Below, piece by piece: positions 40,723 to 53,999 of a DNA stretch of 64,000 bases. The stretch is from Camelus dromedarius (Eukaryota), in the NCBI RefSeq assembly GCF_036321535.1, contig NC_087437.1, positions 33,978,001 to 34,042,000 of the forward strand, written 5' to 3'. The position numbers and the translations under genes were made by a program. The notes beneath the pieces are model-generated. The model searched no databases. It saw only the letters and a program-made list of their open reading frames with translations, and was not told the origin of the DNA. Numbering within the stretch: the stretch's first letter is position 1; every line of letters starts with the position of its first letter.

Positions 40723-42624
40723 TTTGTGCTAGACAGACTAACTTATTTTTCTTTGGAAAGTCTTGTGTTAGCCCTGGCAGGTTTACACAACCTTTTACAT
40801 TTTCTGCCACTGTTCTCTCTGACTCCAAAGTCAGAGACTAAATGGAGACTAAAAGAAATCGTCCTTAAACATTGGCACAATTTGGGATGAAACCATGTAG
40901 ACTTCACCCAAATTTATCTATGAGTCAGTTACTATTTTTCTGCAGCGTGTGAATTTCAGTCAGAGTTGGCCAGAAAGTACTATGGGGAGAGGACTAGGAC
41001 TGTGTCCAATAAACAAGCACTTTGGCAGATTCTGTTGAAATACACACCATCTCATTATTCTCGAGGGAGAGGCAGGCAGCGGCTCTCGCACTGCCTGATG
41101 CATCAGGTTTCTGACTGCGTCTGTAGAAACCCAGGGCTGCAGGACGTATTTTTAGAGGCTCATTTGCACCTATTATATGAACTGCTAAACACCTCAACCC
41201 CCAAAAAATCAAATTGGAAATTAAAGAGTTCTAAGATGTGAAAAGAATTCAGAGCAGATACAAATGAGATCGTGAGGCTCTGGGCTTTTGGAGAAGGGTT
41301 GTCCTGTAAAGCCAAGGTGAGAAGAATATAACAACATTTCAGCCCAAATTGTAGGCATCCATTCCCTCATATCTATGCAAAGGATTTCTCTTCATCCCCT
41401 TTTCTGACATCAGCACATTAATTTATCCTGCCAGGTTAAGTAGTCTTTTACAGTCCTCAAAATTGAACTTATAAATGTGTCATTGACCATGACGGTGGTG
41501 GCTCTGCACTGGTCTTGCTGAAAATTCGTGCCTGTGCATGTCCGGACGGGAAAAATGACCTGGGCCGTGCAAGAGGCCCCACTGGGTTTAGTGGCAGGTC
41601 AGGGTCAGGCACATGTGTTTGGCACATTCTGTCAACAAGCCTGCTGGGTGGACTGTGCAATCACAAGCAAATGCCCAATGCAGCAACTGAGGAGGAGGTC
41701 TGGTTCCAGACTGGTGACCTATTGTCAGTCTGGGGACTCTTGTCTTTTCTTGTCTTGTTTATAATAAGAAATATGAGCAGTTGCTGTATGTTGTTAGTAA
41801 ATCAATTTTGAAAAAAATTTCTTACTACTTTGCTTTCAAGCTTCTGGATTTGTTTAATGAAGAATTTCCAGAGATTGCAGCATAAGCTATTATAAAGGAC
41901 TCTTACCACATTGAACCACTTATCTGTGTGAAACAGGATTCTCTTGGTGTGGCACAAACAAAATAAAGAAATAAATGTAAAAATACAGTTAGAAGAAGAC
42001 TGTAACTGACTTCTATAAATTCTGTTTTCAACTGTTTGTGTATGACAAACCAGCCTCATGTTCCCAGTGAGGGATTTAGTAAGTAAATAGTATCAGTTTG
42101 AACTAAAAATCGTTTTATTTTGATTTAAAACACTTTTGATTGTCTTGTATATTAGTTTTCATTTGAAAAACATCTAATACTTGAAGAAAAGAAAAAATGA
42201 CAATCATTGATTCCCACTAACAATTTGCTCGGGAAACTATCTTTGAGTAACGGAACTGATAAACACAGGTGTGACCAATGTCAAAATTGTCAAAACTGAG
42301 TGAATTAGTTGACGTACTTAATTTGTAAGACTCTCGGGTAAGTTTCTCATAATTATAAGGATAAAAAATCACAGCCTATTTTTCTCCTCTTTCTTCATTT
42401 CTGGGGCTCAGAGTGTGAGGGGACAAGTTGTGGGAATATGCCGATACCAAGCATCCTTTTCGGTGGGAATGACCTTGAGGCAATAGTGGCCTCCGAATCC
42501 ACCACAGGCACTCCTCCAAGAAGTCTCAGACCAAATTAAGATGCGCAAATCACAGTTCATCAAGGAAGTTTAAAACGCATATCAAGATGCACAGGAAAGA
42601 GATGGGATGAGCTGACATGCTTAG

Positions 42625-43425
42625 TGTGATACTGTGGTTTGGTCTTCGTTCCTGTTTCTGGCACAGAGCTCCTAAATTCTAAAACCCTTGGAATTCCTAA
42701 GTGGTGAGAGTGATAAAGGCATCTCTTGTTATGTTATTAAAGTGACATTTGAACCTCATCACCTCTGGATGGGGACTGGTTACCTGGAGAGCCAACCGGG
42801 GGATTAGAAAGTTGGAACTTTCAGTCCCATCTCCCTGACTTAAGAGACGGGGCTAGAGGTTGAATCAGTCACCAATGGCCTGTGATTTAATCAATCGTGC
42901 CTGTGAAATGAAGCCTTCAGAAAAATCCAAAAAGGACAGGGTTTGAAGAGCTTCCAGGTTGGTGAGCACGAGGAGGTCTGGGGAGGGTGAGGTGCAGGGG
43001 AAGAGCGCACGGAAGCTCTGCGCCCTTTCCCCACACCCTGCCCTGTGCATCTCTCCCGATGTTCCGGAGTCACATACTTTTCTAATAAACCAATAATCTA
43101 GTAAGTAAAATGTGTCTCTGAGTTCTGTGAGCCACTCTAGCAAATTAATTGAAACCATAGAGGAGTTGGTTGGAACCTCCCATCTATCGCCTGCTGGTCA
43201 GAAGCACAGGTAACAACCTGGACTTCTGATCGGCATCAGAAGTGGGGAGCGATCTTGTGGGACTGAGCCCTTAATCTGTGAGATCTGACACTTATCTCCA
43301 GGTAGATGATGTCAGAACTGAGTTGAATTGTAGGACACCCAGCTGGTATCCAAGAATTGCTGGTTATGGAGAAAAATGCCACCGCACCCCACCCCCGCCA
43401 CGAATTGGAATTGGTCACAGAATCA
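42625..43425 (+). mobile_element. MER21-type LTR
   Basis: TTCTGGCACAGAGCTCCTAAA...CCCTTGGAATTCC...GTTGGAACTTTCAGTCCCATC...CACCAATGGCC..TGATTTAATCAATCGTGCCT...CTGAGTTCTGTGAGCCACTCTAGCAAATTAATTGAA...GTCAGAACTGAGTTGAATTGTAGGACACCCAGCTGG. Confidence 0.85.
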
Positions 43426-44844
43426 TACTTTTAGGACGTGGTACAGGGATGTAAAGACAGCACCACCTGAGTCTTAGGTTGTGCAGTATTTACACGCCCA
43501 GCCTTTCTGCCACAGCCATCTTCCTGGTTGATGGTATGGTTGCAAACCAGAGTTGAGGCTTTAGAAAGGAGGCCCAACTGGACAGAAGGTGTCTGCCAAT
43601 GACACACAACTTGCTTTACCAGAGACGCGGGGGCAAGGCCCTCAGGCTTCCTCTGTAGCCTGCCCCCTCACCTGATGAGCAGCTATGAAATTGTATTTTT
43701 TGGCCAGAGGACACATGGGGCCAGAATGGGTGTCACCAAAGAACAGTCAATGTACAATCTAATGACTGTTGAGTGCCTCAGGATTATTTAGATGTGTCAT
43801 GAATATTAGATGCTTCTTTAGTCTTTCCATCTCTTTCTTTGCTCAGCGCACACATGCTTGACCTAGGTCCCACACATCCGGGTTACTAACTTACTTTTCC
43901 ATACTGGAATCCCACCTCAAGAATTCTGCCTCAGCATCTAAATCTAACACATCTTGCGCATTTCACCTGCGTCTGACAAGCTCCTGTACGTAACACGTCT
44001 TGTAAGTTTCATCTGTCCCATTTGTTTTTCTTGTTCTTCTATAGGATGAATTGAACGTTCTCAAGTAATGCAGCAACATCCCCTACAAAATCTCTTGGAA
44101 TAGCTTCCCCCACACCAGTCTGCCTCTCTGATGCCATTTTAGCCCGCCTCCCCACCCTTGCCATCTTCACCACCCCTGCTCCTTCAAGGACCCAATCAGC
44201 CATCTGTGCTCCTGCACCTTTCCCCATCTCCACTGCGACCTCCTCTTTGCTCAGCATCTCTTTGCAGTCTCACCCTCCGTATCTTCAGTTCCAAGGCTGA
44301 ATGGAGCCCTCTCTCATGATCCTGATCTAACTATTCTAGGACCTGGCTCTTTTAGTTATTTTCCACCTACCGTCGTCAGTTCCTTCCTCGCTGGCTCTTT
44401 CCCTGACGCCCACATAGATGTTTGGATCTCCTCTGTCTTAAAGATCAGCCACAGCAACCACCTCTGATTCTATTATACACTCACACTACCACCCTAATGC
44501 TCTAATTTATCACAACCTTCGTTTCAAACTGCTCTCTACTCAGTCCCCCAGCTTCCTAACCACTTATAACCTGGCTTCCACCCCTAACACATTAGTCCTG
44601 AAATTATTTTGAGGGAAACTGATGACCTCAGAATCGTCAACACTAATGACTTCTGGCTGTGTTTCCCCTTCTACCTGTTGGTCTTTCCTGCTTCCCTGCA
44701 GTGTTCAAAGCCATCGAGGTCTGTCAGCCTCCGCTCTCTCCCCTTGACCCTTCACTGTGTTGGTTTTTGTTCTCCTCTCACCTTGTGCCCACACCCCCTT
44801 TGCTTCCTCTTGCCCTCCAAATGCTGGCTTTCACATGAGGGGAC

Positions 44845-45311
44845 TGGATTAGTTTTCTATTGCTGCTATAAAAGATTACCCCAACCCAGTGACTTAAATC
44901 AATACAAATATATTATCTCACAGCTCTGGAGGTCGGAAGTCCCTAATGAATCTCAGTGGACTAAAATCAAGGTGTCGGCAGGGCTGTAATCCTTCTGGGG
45001 GCTCTTGGAAATCTACTTCCTTGCCTCTTCCATCTTCTGGGGCCTCCCACACGCTTGGGCTTGTGATCCCTCCTCTGTTGTCAAAGCCAGCAACCTCGGG
45101 CTGAGTCTTTCTCACACTGTCATCTCTGGTTCTTCCTCTGCTGCCTCCTCTTCTTACCTGTGCTAACTTTGGGCCCACCTGGTTAAGCCAGAATAATGTC
45201 CTCCTCTCAGGGTCCGCTGATTAGCAAGCTCCATCCCCCTCCCTTCCAGGGGGCTGATGCGCCCACCACATCATTGGGGGCGTAGGGGGTGGGTGTTATT
45301 GCACCCACCAC
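44845..45311 (-). mobile_element. MLT1D-type MaLR LTR inside an L2 remnant (about 44040-45800)
   Basis: ATTAGTTTTCTATTGCTGCTATAAAAGATTACC...ATTATCTCACAGCTCTGGAGGTCGGAAGTCC...CTAAAATCAAGGTGTCGGCAGGGCTG...GTCCGCTGATTAGCAA. Confidence 0.8.
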
Positions 45312-46609
45312 GGTGATGTCTTTGCTTTCTCATTCATTCTTCCTCTACACTCTGTCCCTTCCTCCAGTCCACTTCTGCAGCTTCAACTGTCCTCTCCCTG
45401 CAAAAGACCCCCACATTCTATCTGTCAGCCTGACTTCTCATTTTGAGCTCCAGTTGCCTCCCGCACCTTCAACTTAAAACTTTATGATGAAGAACAAAAG
45501 CCCTCCTTACTGCAAGCCAACCCCTCAGAACTAGCTTCTCCTTCTAACGTCCCTGTTTCTTTTCACAGCACCAAGCTTACTCCAACAGTGGTCTCGAAAC
45601 CCCATGAATCCTTGTCCTGTCCGCTCCCTCAGGTTGCTCGCTTCGATGCCTGCCGTCAGTTCATTTCTCACAGTCTCATGGGCTGCATCCTTCTGTCTTT
45701 AACTTCCCATCCCCACTGTCACCACCATCCTTCAGTCCTCTCTTTATTCCTTGGACTGTTGTTATTGCCTTTCAATAAAATAGGGCAAAAAAATCCATTT
45801 ATGTTTCTTGTCTGTGCCCCTAGGAGCTGTTTTACATGTTTTTCTCATTTTATCCTGTCATCAACCCCATAAACCCAGAATTAACATCCTTAGTTTAAAG
45901 ATGAGGAAACTGAGGCGAGAGCAATGAGATAACTTTCTGCAGGTCAAAATCATTTATTCATTCATGCAAAAATATTGAGAGCCTGTTATATGCCAGGTAT
46001 TATTTCAAATGTTGAGGATAATAGCCCTGAATAAACCAACCAAGATCCAAGTTCTAAGGAAATTTACATTAATCTAGAAATAGAAAAGACAGACCTTCCA
46101 AATGAACAAGATTATCGCAGTCTCCTGGCTAAGAGTTCTCGTGCTCTCCTGAATTCCTAGTGAGCAAACAACAAAATCTCTTTGGTGGTACTTCACTCGT
46201 TCATCATTGTATACAGTCATTTTATGCCTTATTTCCCTTACCAAACTCCATGGGAGCAGAGACACTTCTACACATGGCAACTAACTGGAACTTGTTTCAA
46301 CTACAAGGTTGTAAGAGTCAAGGGAGACGTCGGGGAAAGTACTTTGTAAACTGTAAAGCCATTTCCTAAGGTTTGCTGTCATTGGTGGTACTGACTGTGA
46401 TGCTCTCTGGGCCAGTCATTCAAGGACCCAGTTCCCCTTGATGTGCACAGGATTAATTTCCCTCACAAGTCCCTTCCATCCACTGTCCAGTAAAGAAGCA
46501 CAATGTAAAGCTTATAAAATGTCTGTCTACTTTCCACAAATTCCTAAGGAAAAGCTTAAAAGTTACTGCTTAAGACCCTGACTTCCTTGCTCATCCCCCC
46601 CCCCATTAA

Positions 46610-47060
46610 CTTCATTTTTAACCCCAACATTTCATTACAAACTTTTTCAAACTGAAAGCTTTTTAGGTGAATATGCATTTAGGCACCATCCAGATTCTAC
46701 AGCTACTGTTCTACTAAACTTGCTTTCTCACAGCTTTTCATCACACCATCCCCCCATCCATTCATCAGTTCACCTCATTTGTTTGATGCGTTTCAAAGTA
46801 AGTTGCAGACATCACTAAGCCTCTGCCTAGATACTTCAACCGCATATCATTAACTAGAGTCCATAATTTGTTAACCAGATCTTTTTTATTCTTTTGAGGT
46901 AAATTTTATATACAATGGAATGCACAAATCCTAAAAGTGTTATTCAGTGAGTTTTGACCAGTGTATACTCTGTGTAATCCAAACTCTTACCACGTCATAT
47001 AGTTTGTGCCAGAAAGCTCTCTATGCCCTTCCCAGGTCAGTCCCTGATCCCAGTAAGTCA
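46610..47060 (-). mobile_element. Ancient L1M 3'-end remnants
   Basis: TTTCAAAGTAAGTTGCAGACATCA...ATACTTCAAC and TGAGGTAAATTTTATATACAATGGAATGCACAAATC...GTGAGTTTTGACCAGTGTATAC motifs. Confidence 0.6.
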
Positions 47061-47151
47061 CTTGGGAAATCATATGCTCAGATGACCTGCAGATGTGACT
47101 TTTTACCACTATATTTACTGTCCAATAAAAAAGCCACCCTCATTCTGTTGC

Positions 47152-47996
47152 TATTTTAAATTTTTATTTATTTTAATCTTTTTTCAGCTTTATTGAGTGA
47201 TAATTGACAAAATTCGTATATATTTAAAATGTACAATGTGATGGTTTCATATAAATATACATTGTGAAGTGGTGACCACAGTCAAGCTAATTAGCATTCA
47301 TTATTTCACATAGTTACCTTTTTTCTTTTCACCCTCCCACCCCCTCCCCCTGTCAACCACCTGTTTGTTCTCTGTGTCTATGAGTCTGTTTCTGTTTTGT
47401 TATGTTTGTCCATTTGTTTTGTTTTTTAGATTCCACATACAAGTGAAATCATACAGTATTTGTCTTTGTCTGACCTATTTCACTTAACATAATACCCTCT
47501 AGGTCTGTCCATGTTGTCACAAATGAAAAGATTGCCTTCTTTTTTATGACTGAGAAATATATATATATATATTTCATATATATATATATGCCACATCTTC
47601 TTTATCCATCAGTCTACAGATGAACACTTGTGTTGCTTTCATATCTTGGTTACTGTAAATAATGCTGCAATGAACATAGGGTGCATAAATCTTTTTGAAT
47701 TATTGTTTTTGTTTTCTTGGGAATAATGCCCAGAAGTTGAATGGCTGATTTTTTTTTTTTTTTTTTTTGAGGAACCTCCAGACTGTTTTCCATCATGGTT
47801 GCACCAGTTTACATCACCACCAACAGTGCCCAAGGATTTCCTTTCCTCCACATCCTCTCCAACACTTGTTGTCCATTGTCTTTTTGGTGATAGCCATTTG
47901 GATAAAGTGTGAACTGATAGCTCATTGTGGTTTTGATTTATATTTCCTGGATGCTAAGTGATGCTGAGCATCTTTTCATGTGTCTGTTGGCCATCT
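47152..47996 (-). mobile_element. 5'-truncated L1 (L1MA-like 3' UTR)
   Basis: CAGCTTTATTGAGTGATAATTGACAAAATT...TTTAGATTCCACATACAAGTGAAATCATACAGTATTTG. TSD TCATTCTGTTGC at 47140-47151 and 47997-48008. Confidence 0.9.
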
Positions 47997-49393
47997 TCAT
48001 TCTGTTGCCATCAAATGAAGAAATACTTTTCTAGATTTAGAGATGTAATAGTTTGCATGGTGGCAGAAACAGGAACTTAATGAGGAAATACTCCAATTCC
48101 TTTTCTTTTTAAACATATCTTGGATTTAGATTTAGGTAGAACCACTCTGTAACCCCACTCTTACCTTATGATAGATTTTGATTTCAAGGCCAGCCTACAT
48201 TGGCTAGTTAAAAAGAGGTTTATTTCTCCAAGTCTGGTGGCCCTCATGTAGGATTTTTTAATATGAGTATACAAGGTGAGAGGCTAGAAAATCTGGAGGG
48301 TTTTTTTCTTCTTCTTACTTTGATGCCTTTTTGCTGCTGTTGGAGGATTTGTGTTCTTGGGCACATCACGACTTTCTTAGACCTCAGTTTCCATGTCTGG
48401 AAAACAACAGTGTATCTCTTGAGGTCCCATCTCATTCTGAAACCCACTACTTTTTATGGGAAGGGAAGTTGTGAAGACCTGAGAAGCAAAAAGAATCTCT
48501 CTGCTACACAGACATACTTAAACAGTTCATCAATATTTTTTAGTCCAAAAATAACAAATGTTTCTGTAGCCTGGTAAGTTATTCCAGTTTAAATGTTCTT
48601 GGAACAGCTGGTTTCTGTTTAAAGTTTTCTGTTTAAATTATAACACAAAGTCCTTTCAGATGAATGACTATAAAGGGAAGCTGGCTTGATACATTTCTTT
48701 TTGTTTTGTTTTGTTTATATCGCTTGAGAAGGTTTTTTGACAGGATTTGGGATACAATTGTCAGATGTCTGTTACCCCCAGAGCCACCTCTGAGTCATTT
48801 CCACTATTTATGGACTAGCAACTGTGAAGAGTGGGATCATGTTTAGGCTTCTTCTTCTTCTTCTTCTTTTTTTAATAACACATGATAAATGTCTTTAGGA
48901 GCTTATGTAATATATCCCAGAGCCTTCAGTTTTCAGAAGAGAACAGAGTCCAGGAAGTGACTTTTTAGGCCTTGTCCAGCTTGAAAGCATGTTCCTGAGT
49001 CTTAAGGTCATAGATTGTCAAAGTTGTAACTTGAGCAAAATTTTAACAGCCTTTAAAGTAAAGCTGTTTTGTCTTGAAAAGTTGGGATTGTGCCTTCTAG
49101 ATAAGGTCCAAGATCTCCATTTCATCTTATTTGCTACCTCACAAAAGCAACTTTTACTTTGGCTGACTTTTTTCTCCCTTGCACATACTTAGGATTCCAG
49201 AGCCTTCATCTGGGCGGCTGTATAGCAGGGCGCTCCCCACAGACGTCTCTCTGCCTGTCTCTGTGCTGTATGGATTGCTCAACCTCCCAGGAGGGATGGA
49301 GTTTGGGCTCGAGGTGTGTTGCATGTTGTTTCCCCTCCCTGAAACGTTTCTATCCTCTTTTCTTCATCTCTTTAAGAAGACTCATAATCTAGC

Positions 49394-49480
49394 GGTAGGG
49401 TAATAGCTCAGTGGTGGAGTGCATGCTTAGCATGCACCAGGTCCTGGGTTTAATTCCACTAAAAAAAAAAAAAGAAAAAG
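49394..49480 (+). mobile_element. Camelid tRNA-derived SINE, short form
   Basis: GGTAGGGTAATAGCTCAGTGGTGGAGTGCATGCTTAGCATGCACCAGGTCCTGGGTTTAATTCC plus poly-A. Perfect 20-bp TSD AAGAAGACTCATAATCTAGC at 49374-49393 and 49481-49500. Confidence 0.93.
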
Positions 49481-50201
49481 AAGAAGACTCATAATCTAGC
49501 TCAGGCTTCTGCTTCGTTCACAAAGCTTTCGTTGTGCCACCTGCCAACAAACAGGCCTAAAAAGTCTTGTACATGTTAAGTGGCCCAGCGCCCTCTATGC
49601 TCAAGGAGAAGGCCTGTGAGCTTTGCCGGGTGCATGTCCAGAGTGCTTTTCCTTTGAATCTGATGGGCTGGTGCTGAAATGTGAGTCTGTGGCATCGTCA
49701 GCTGGGCCATCCCTGCCACCTTTCCACTCTCCTGACCAGGAAGCTGCAGCCTGGCTTGTGAGTGTGTCTCAGGAGTTGAACTCAGGTAGCGTACTTTTCT
49801 CCTGTCAGAACCTCAAATCGCAAAGATTAAGAATTTTTCAAAAAATCCATTTGTCTCTTTCCCCAAGCAACAGAGTTGTTGTTATAAAATTAAAAATAGA
49901 TCACCAAATAGTCCTACACAAACTCTCAGCATTCCTTAAGATAGAGCTCAAAAGAAAACCTGTCAAACATGTTGGCTTCATTCCTCAGGCAAAAAGTACT
50001 TGTTTTTCTCTATCAGTAGCATAATGAAGACTTTGCAGTTATTAGTAAGAGTTTTTAAGAAGCTAAATAGATGTAGATATATTAAAATAGCTTAAAAATA
50101 ATGTCTCTATTGAATTTTTTCAAATTTGATGGTTTAAATTTAGTCAAGATTTTATTGAGTACCATTTATGTGCTCAGGGCTATTTTATTAAGAAACAACA
50201 A

Positions 50202-50367
50202 GGTGGGGGGAGGGGTATAGCTCAGTGGTAGAGTGCCTGCTTAGCGTGCCCAAGGTCATGGGTTCAATTCCCAGTACCTCCATTAAAATAAATAAATAGA
50301 ATAAATAAAAACCTAATTACCTCCTCCCCCTCAAAAAAATGACTGATTAAAAAAGAAAAAGAAAAGA
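50202..50367 (+). mobile_element. Camelid tRNA-derived SINE, long form
   Basis: GGGGAGGGGTATAGCTCAGTGGTAGAGTGCCTGCTTAGC...GGGTTCAATTCCCAGTACCTCC...AAACCTAATTACCTCC. TSD AAGAAACAACAA at 50190-50201 and 50368-50379. Confidence 0.93.
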
Positions 50368-50486
50368 AAGAAACAACAAAATGAGTTGCCTATGGCAATT
50401 GAAGAACATAGATAAGGAAATTTTATTGTGTGTGTGTTTTTTTTAAGTTTCCTGTCATTAAATTAGCTTCAAAAATTTACAGGCCT

Positions 50487-50673
50487 GGGGGAGGGTATAG
50501 CTCAGTGGTAGAGGATGTGTTTAGCATGCATGAGGTCCTGGGTTTAATCCCCAGTACCTCTATTAAAAAATAAATAAATAAATAAATAAAAATTAGTAAA
50601 CCTAATTACCTCCCCTCAAAAATTTAAAAATTAATAACTAATAAATAAAAATTAATAAATAAAAAAATTTTTC
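50487..50673 (+). mobile_element. Camelid tRNA-derived SINE, long form
   Basis: GGGGGAGGGTATAGCTCAGTGGTAGAG...GGTCCTGGGTTTAATCCCCAGTACCTC...AAACCTAATTACCTCCCC. TSD AATTTACAGG(C/T)CT at 50474-50486 and 50674-50686. Confidence 0.93.
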
Positions 50674-51489
50674 AATTTACAGGTCTAATTTTTCCCCTTT
50701 ATATATCCTAAAATCCTAGAATAGCCCTGAAGTATTTCAGAAGTTGGCTCCCCTTTTTCCCAGAGACAGGTATGATCCAACCTGTGTTTCCTTTGATTAC
50801 TATCTGCAAGTCCAGAATCCTTTCATTACTGTCTTTTAGGTGAAAAAGGCTATCTCTAAGAGCACATGTGCTATATTGGATGTGGCTATATATTCAAGTC
50901 ACAGCATTGGGTAATGTATATATATATGGCCTTATTTTCAAAAAAAAACTTGCAGTTTAGTTTCATTTTCGTGAAATGAATGAATTATATACTAACTTTG
51001 ATACTTTAATAAACTTTATCACCCCCCAAAATTATAGGAGTAATCATTTCATCTTATTTCTGTTTGACTTAAAAAGCAGATAAGAGCCAAAAATAAGTAG
51101 GAAAGCAAAAGAATTAACAAAATTATATTGTTTAAAAGAATGAAGACCCCTCCCTTTAGCTATGAAGTTGACAAACACTTCAAACACTCAGCACAGAGAA
51201 CATCCCTTCAGTGTCCGTATTCAGAAAGGATTGTTTTCTCTTTCTCATGTTAAAAGTTCTGACATGATCCGCAGGGCCTCTCTTTCTGTAAGCACCATGC
51301 AAGCAGCATCTGTGGGCAGGAAGGATGATGCCGGAGGTTAGAAATACTCAGCTGCAACATTGATTTGTTTCTGTCTGTTTCTCTCTCTCCCTCGCTGGCC
51401 TTTTTCCCTTTAATGAGGACTAGAATGTTTCCACATCAGTTAACTGCCTTCATAAAGCACCAGAAGGTCACACCAGCCCCAGACTGATC

Positions 51490-51802
51490 CTTTTCTTTGT
51501 GCCTATAATATAATTGGCTGATTGTGCCAGTGATGAGCGCGCCCCCTCCCCCAGCCCAGTCCTAGCTCCATGTTTGTAAGCCTCACTGCTGGTTTCCGAG
51601 GAGAGCAGCTCGGCTCGCTGCGCGCTTCCCGGCACAGGCAGTGCCACTGCGCAGGTTGATCAGCGAAACAGCATCCATTTTAATCTGCGGGGAGCCCCTG
51701 CCTTCCCAGGGCGTTCTCTCCGCCAGTGGATGTTCTGCGCTTTCCCTCCGCAGCCTCGCTGAGCAGTCCTGCTTTGGGGTCTGCGCCCTAGGATGCACTG
51801 AG
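51490..51802 (+). promoter_or_regulatory. Probable internal promoter and 5' UTR of the SCHIP-1a-type exon
   Basis: Local CpG/GC enrichment at about 51535-51790 against an AT-rich flank. TATA-like TATAATATAA at 51504-51513, ATTGG (inverted CCAAT) at 51513-51517, and GC/CT box GCGCCCCCTCCCCC around 51539-51552. The TSS cannot be placed from sequence alone. Confidence 0.6.
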
Positions 51803-51832
51803 ATGGTACATCAGGAGAACTGTTCGTATCAG
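51803..51832 (+). CDS. SCHIP1: Coding part of an alternative first exon of schwannomin-interacting protein 1 (short SCHIP-1a-type isoform), MVHQENCSYQ
   Basis: ATG at 51803 in strong Kozak context (gagATGg), 10 codons, then CAG|GTAAGA donor at 51833 (phase 0). The peptide matches, from memory, the N-terminus of the short SCHIP1 isoform (MVHQENCSYQ-AQKNERESIRQKL...). It sits in a CpG-rich patch. Confidence 0.92.
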
Positions 51833-53999
51833 GTAAGATTTAAAGACTGATTTGAGAGGCCGGCATCCTGTGGGAGAGGAGGCCTTCCTCTTCCAAAGCA
51901 GCAGGTTGCCTCTTTCCGGATTTTCAAGGGATTTTGCCATCTTCCACTCCTGGCCTACATCGCATACAGTACCTGAATTGTAATTAGATTTTCTGGGGAG
52001 TAATGGGGCAGAAAACACTGCTTCTTTGGCCTTTAAAGCATATGTGAAATCCACTGAGGTGATCTGCGCTTTGCACATTCTGTATGTCTGAGCAAAGAAG
52101 AGGAACTGCTTTGAACTGTAATTGAATTTAAGGGACTTTGGAGAAGGAAAATCTGGTCAGAATTTCACATAGATAATATTGAAAAATATGATTTTTGCTC
52201 ACTGCAAAGGGCATGAGTGCCTTCACATCCAGTTTTTAAGATTGTCTTTAAGGAAATTATGTAAATAGGAAGTAATAATTGATGACCTGAGAGATTTTCA
52301 AAAATCAGCTGGCATGCACTTGACGTTTTAAAGTTGCACTTGTATGTCTTTCCAAACTTATTTTTACTAGTATGTTGTTTCAAATGGCCAGTAAATAAGA
52401 ATTAAGGTACCAATACGCATAAAAAAAACTCGAAACAGAAAAATTTTAGGAAGATATATTCATCTGTGTGCTCATTTGCTATCTATCTGGAGTTTTGAGT
52501 TAAACACTTAGATGATTTCAAAAGGCCAATTCTGGAGTATTAATAAGTCCTTCCTGTGACTGAGACTGTAGAGGCAACATTGAAAGTATCCTCGTTGTAA
52601 ACAGACAACGAGAATGTTCTCAAACAAACTGCTCTTTGCAGCAGTAAGCAGGGCTAGTCCAAGCCCTGCATAGTTAATGTCAGGGTATTACTCAACTGAC
52701 CGAGTTTAGAAGCTCTAAGGGACCGTTTCTCTAATTTAACAATGCCTCTTCCTTGTGTGAGGTAGGTTACCTGAGACCAGCAGGTGTTTCTTCTAAGATC
52801 GGATTTCACAGTGGTAAATGTATGCAGGTACATCTCACAAGACTCAAGGCAATCGTTTCTCAGCAAAGTGTGCTGAGAAAATATATTTGTATACTTTTTT
52901 CTCTGCTTAATCATTGGAATGTTGTCATTGTAGGCTTGTCTTATAGTATTTTCACTTTATGGCATATTTAGGTCCTTAGATCCTAGGTATCAGATATATG
53001 CTTCATGGAAATTTTTTCCATGAGAAAGGGGGCATGATGCTGAGGAAACAGCCAAAACTTGACTTACACAGAATACAGAGTTGGGGAGTGGAGAGCTGAG
53101 CCTACTTATGGCATGGCTCCAGGTGATTAAATTACTATAATAATTAAAATCCTTTTTCTGCTCACCTTTCAGAGAAGCTATGTGATGTAATTTTTGAAAG
53201 GCAAGATACTGTAAGATTATTCCCTATATCTTTTCATTAGTTTGAACATGGAATCACTGGTGTTACAAGTCAAAAATTGGTCCAATAGCAGCAATTTCAT
53301 CTGAAGAGGAGGGATTTTGTTAGCCCCCTGCTTCCAGAGGAAGACAGATTAATTTTATTTTACATGAACTGCAACATATAACACTGTCAATGTGTGTTCA
53401 ATAGTTTTAAGATATTTATTGCTTATTTTCACAATAAAATTAAATGCATTAGGCAGATAATAATGGGCAATAGATTCTGCATCTTCATGGGGTTTTATAG
53501 ACCTATCTTCCTGGGTCTGTCCTTTTAAAATGCTCTCCCTTTATTCATAACTCAGCCAAAGCAAGAACATTAAAGGACTGAAGCCAAGTCTCAATCCTAC
53601 TTAGAACCTTAGTTTTAGAACCCACCTGGCACCATGTGCCTTTGGACTCAAAGTTCTTGGCTTGATTTTATCATGGTCACTGGTGATATCGACAGTGTGT
53701 TTGTTGTCTTTCAGAAACTTCCCCTTTTCTTATATATATATATATATATATTTACTCTTAAGGACGATAATGCAATGGTAAAGCAAATTCCTGGGTTAGT
53801 GTTTTAGTGAGTAGAAGGAATTTATTTGTAGGAGTGATTCCTTTCCCGCATAAATGTAAACCAAGGTCTCTTAGTGGCGAGTCCATGAATGGGGCTTCAG
53901 AGGCTATCCCCCTCAAACGTATTTGCCCGTTTTGGAGCACCTGCCTGGATGCATGTTACTATTACCGTTGTCGTCATCATCATCATCATCATCATCATT

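Noticed and set aside
50202..50560. tRNA genes (TAGCTCAGTGGTAGAG ... GGTTCAAT A/B boxes)
   Set aside because: They are followed by SINE tails and poly-A, flanked by TSDs and diverged from each other, so they are SINE heads and not functional tRNAs.
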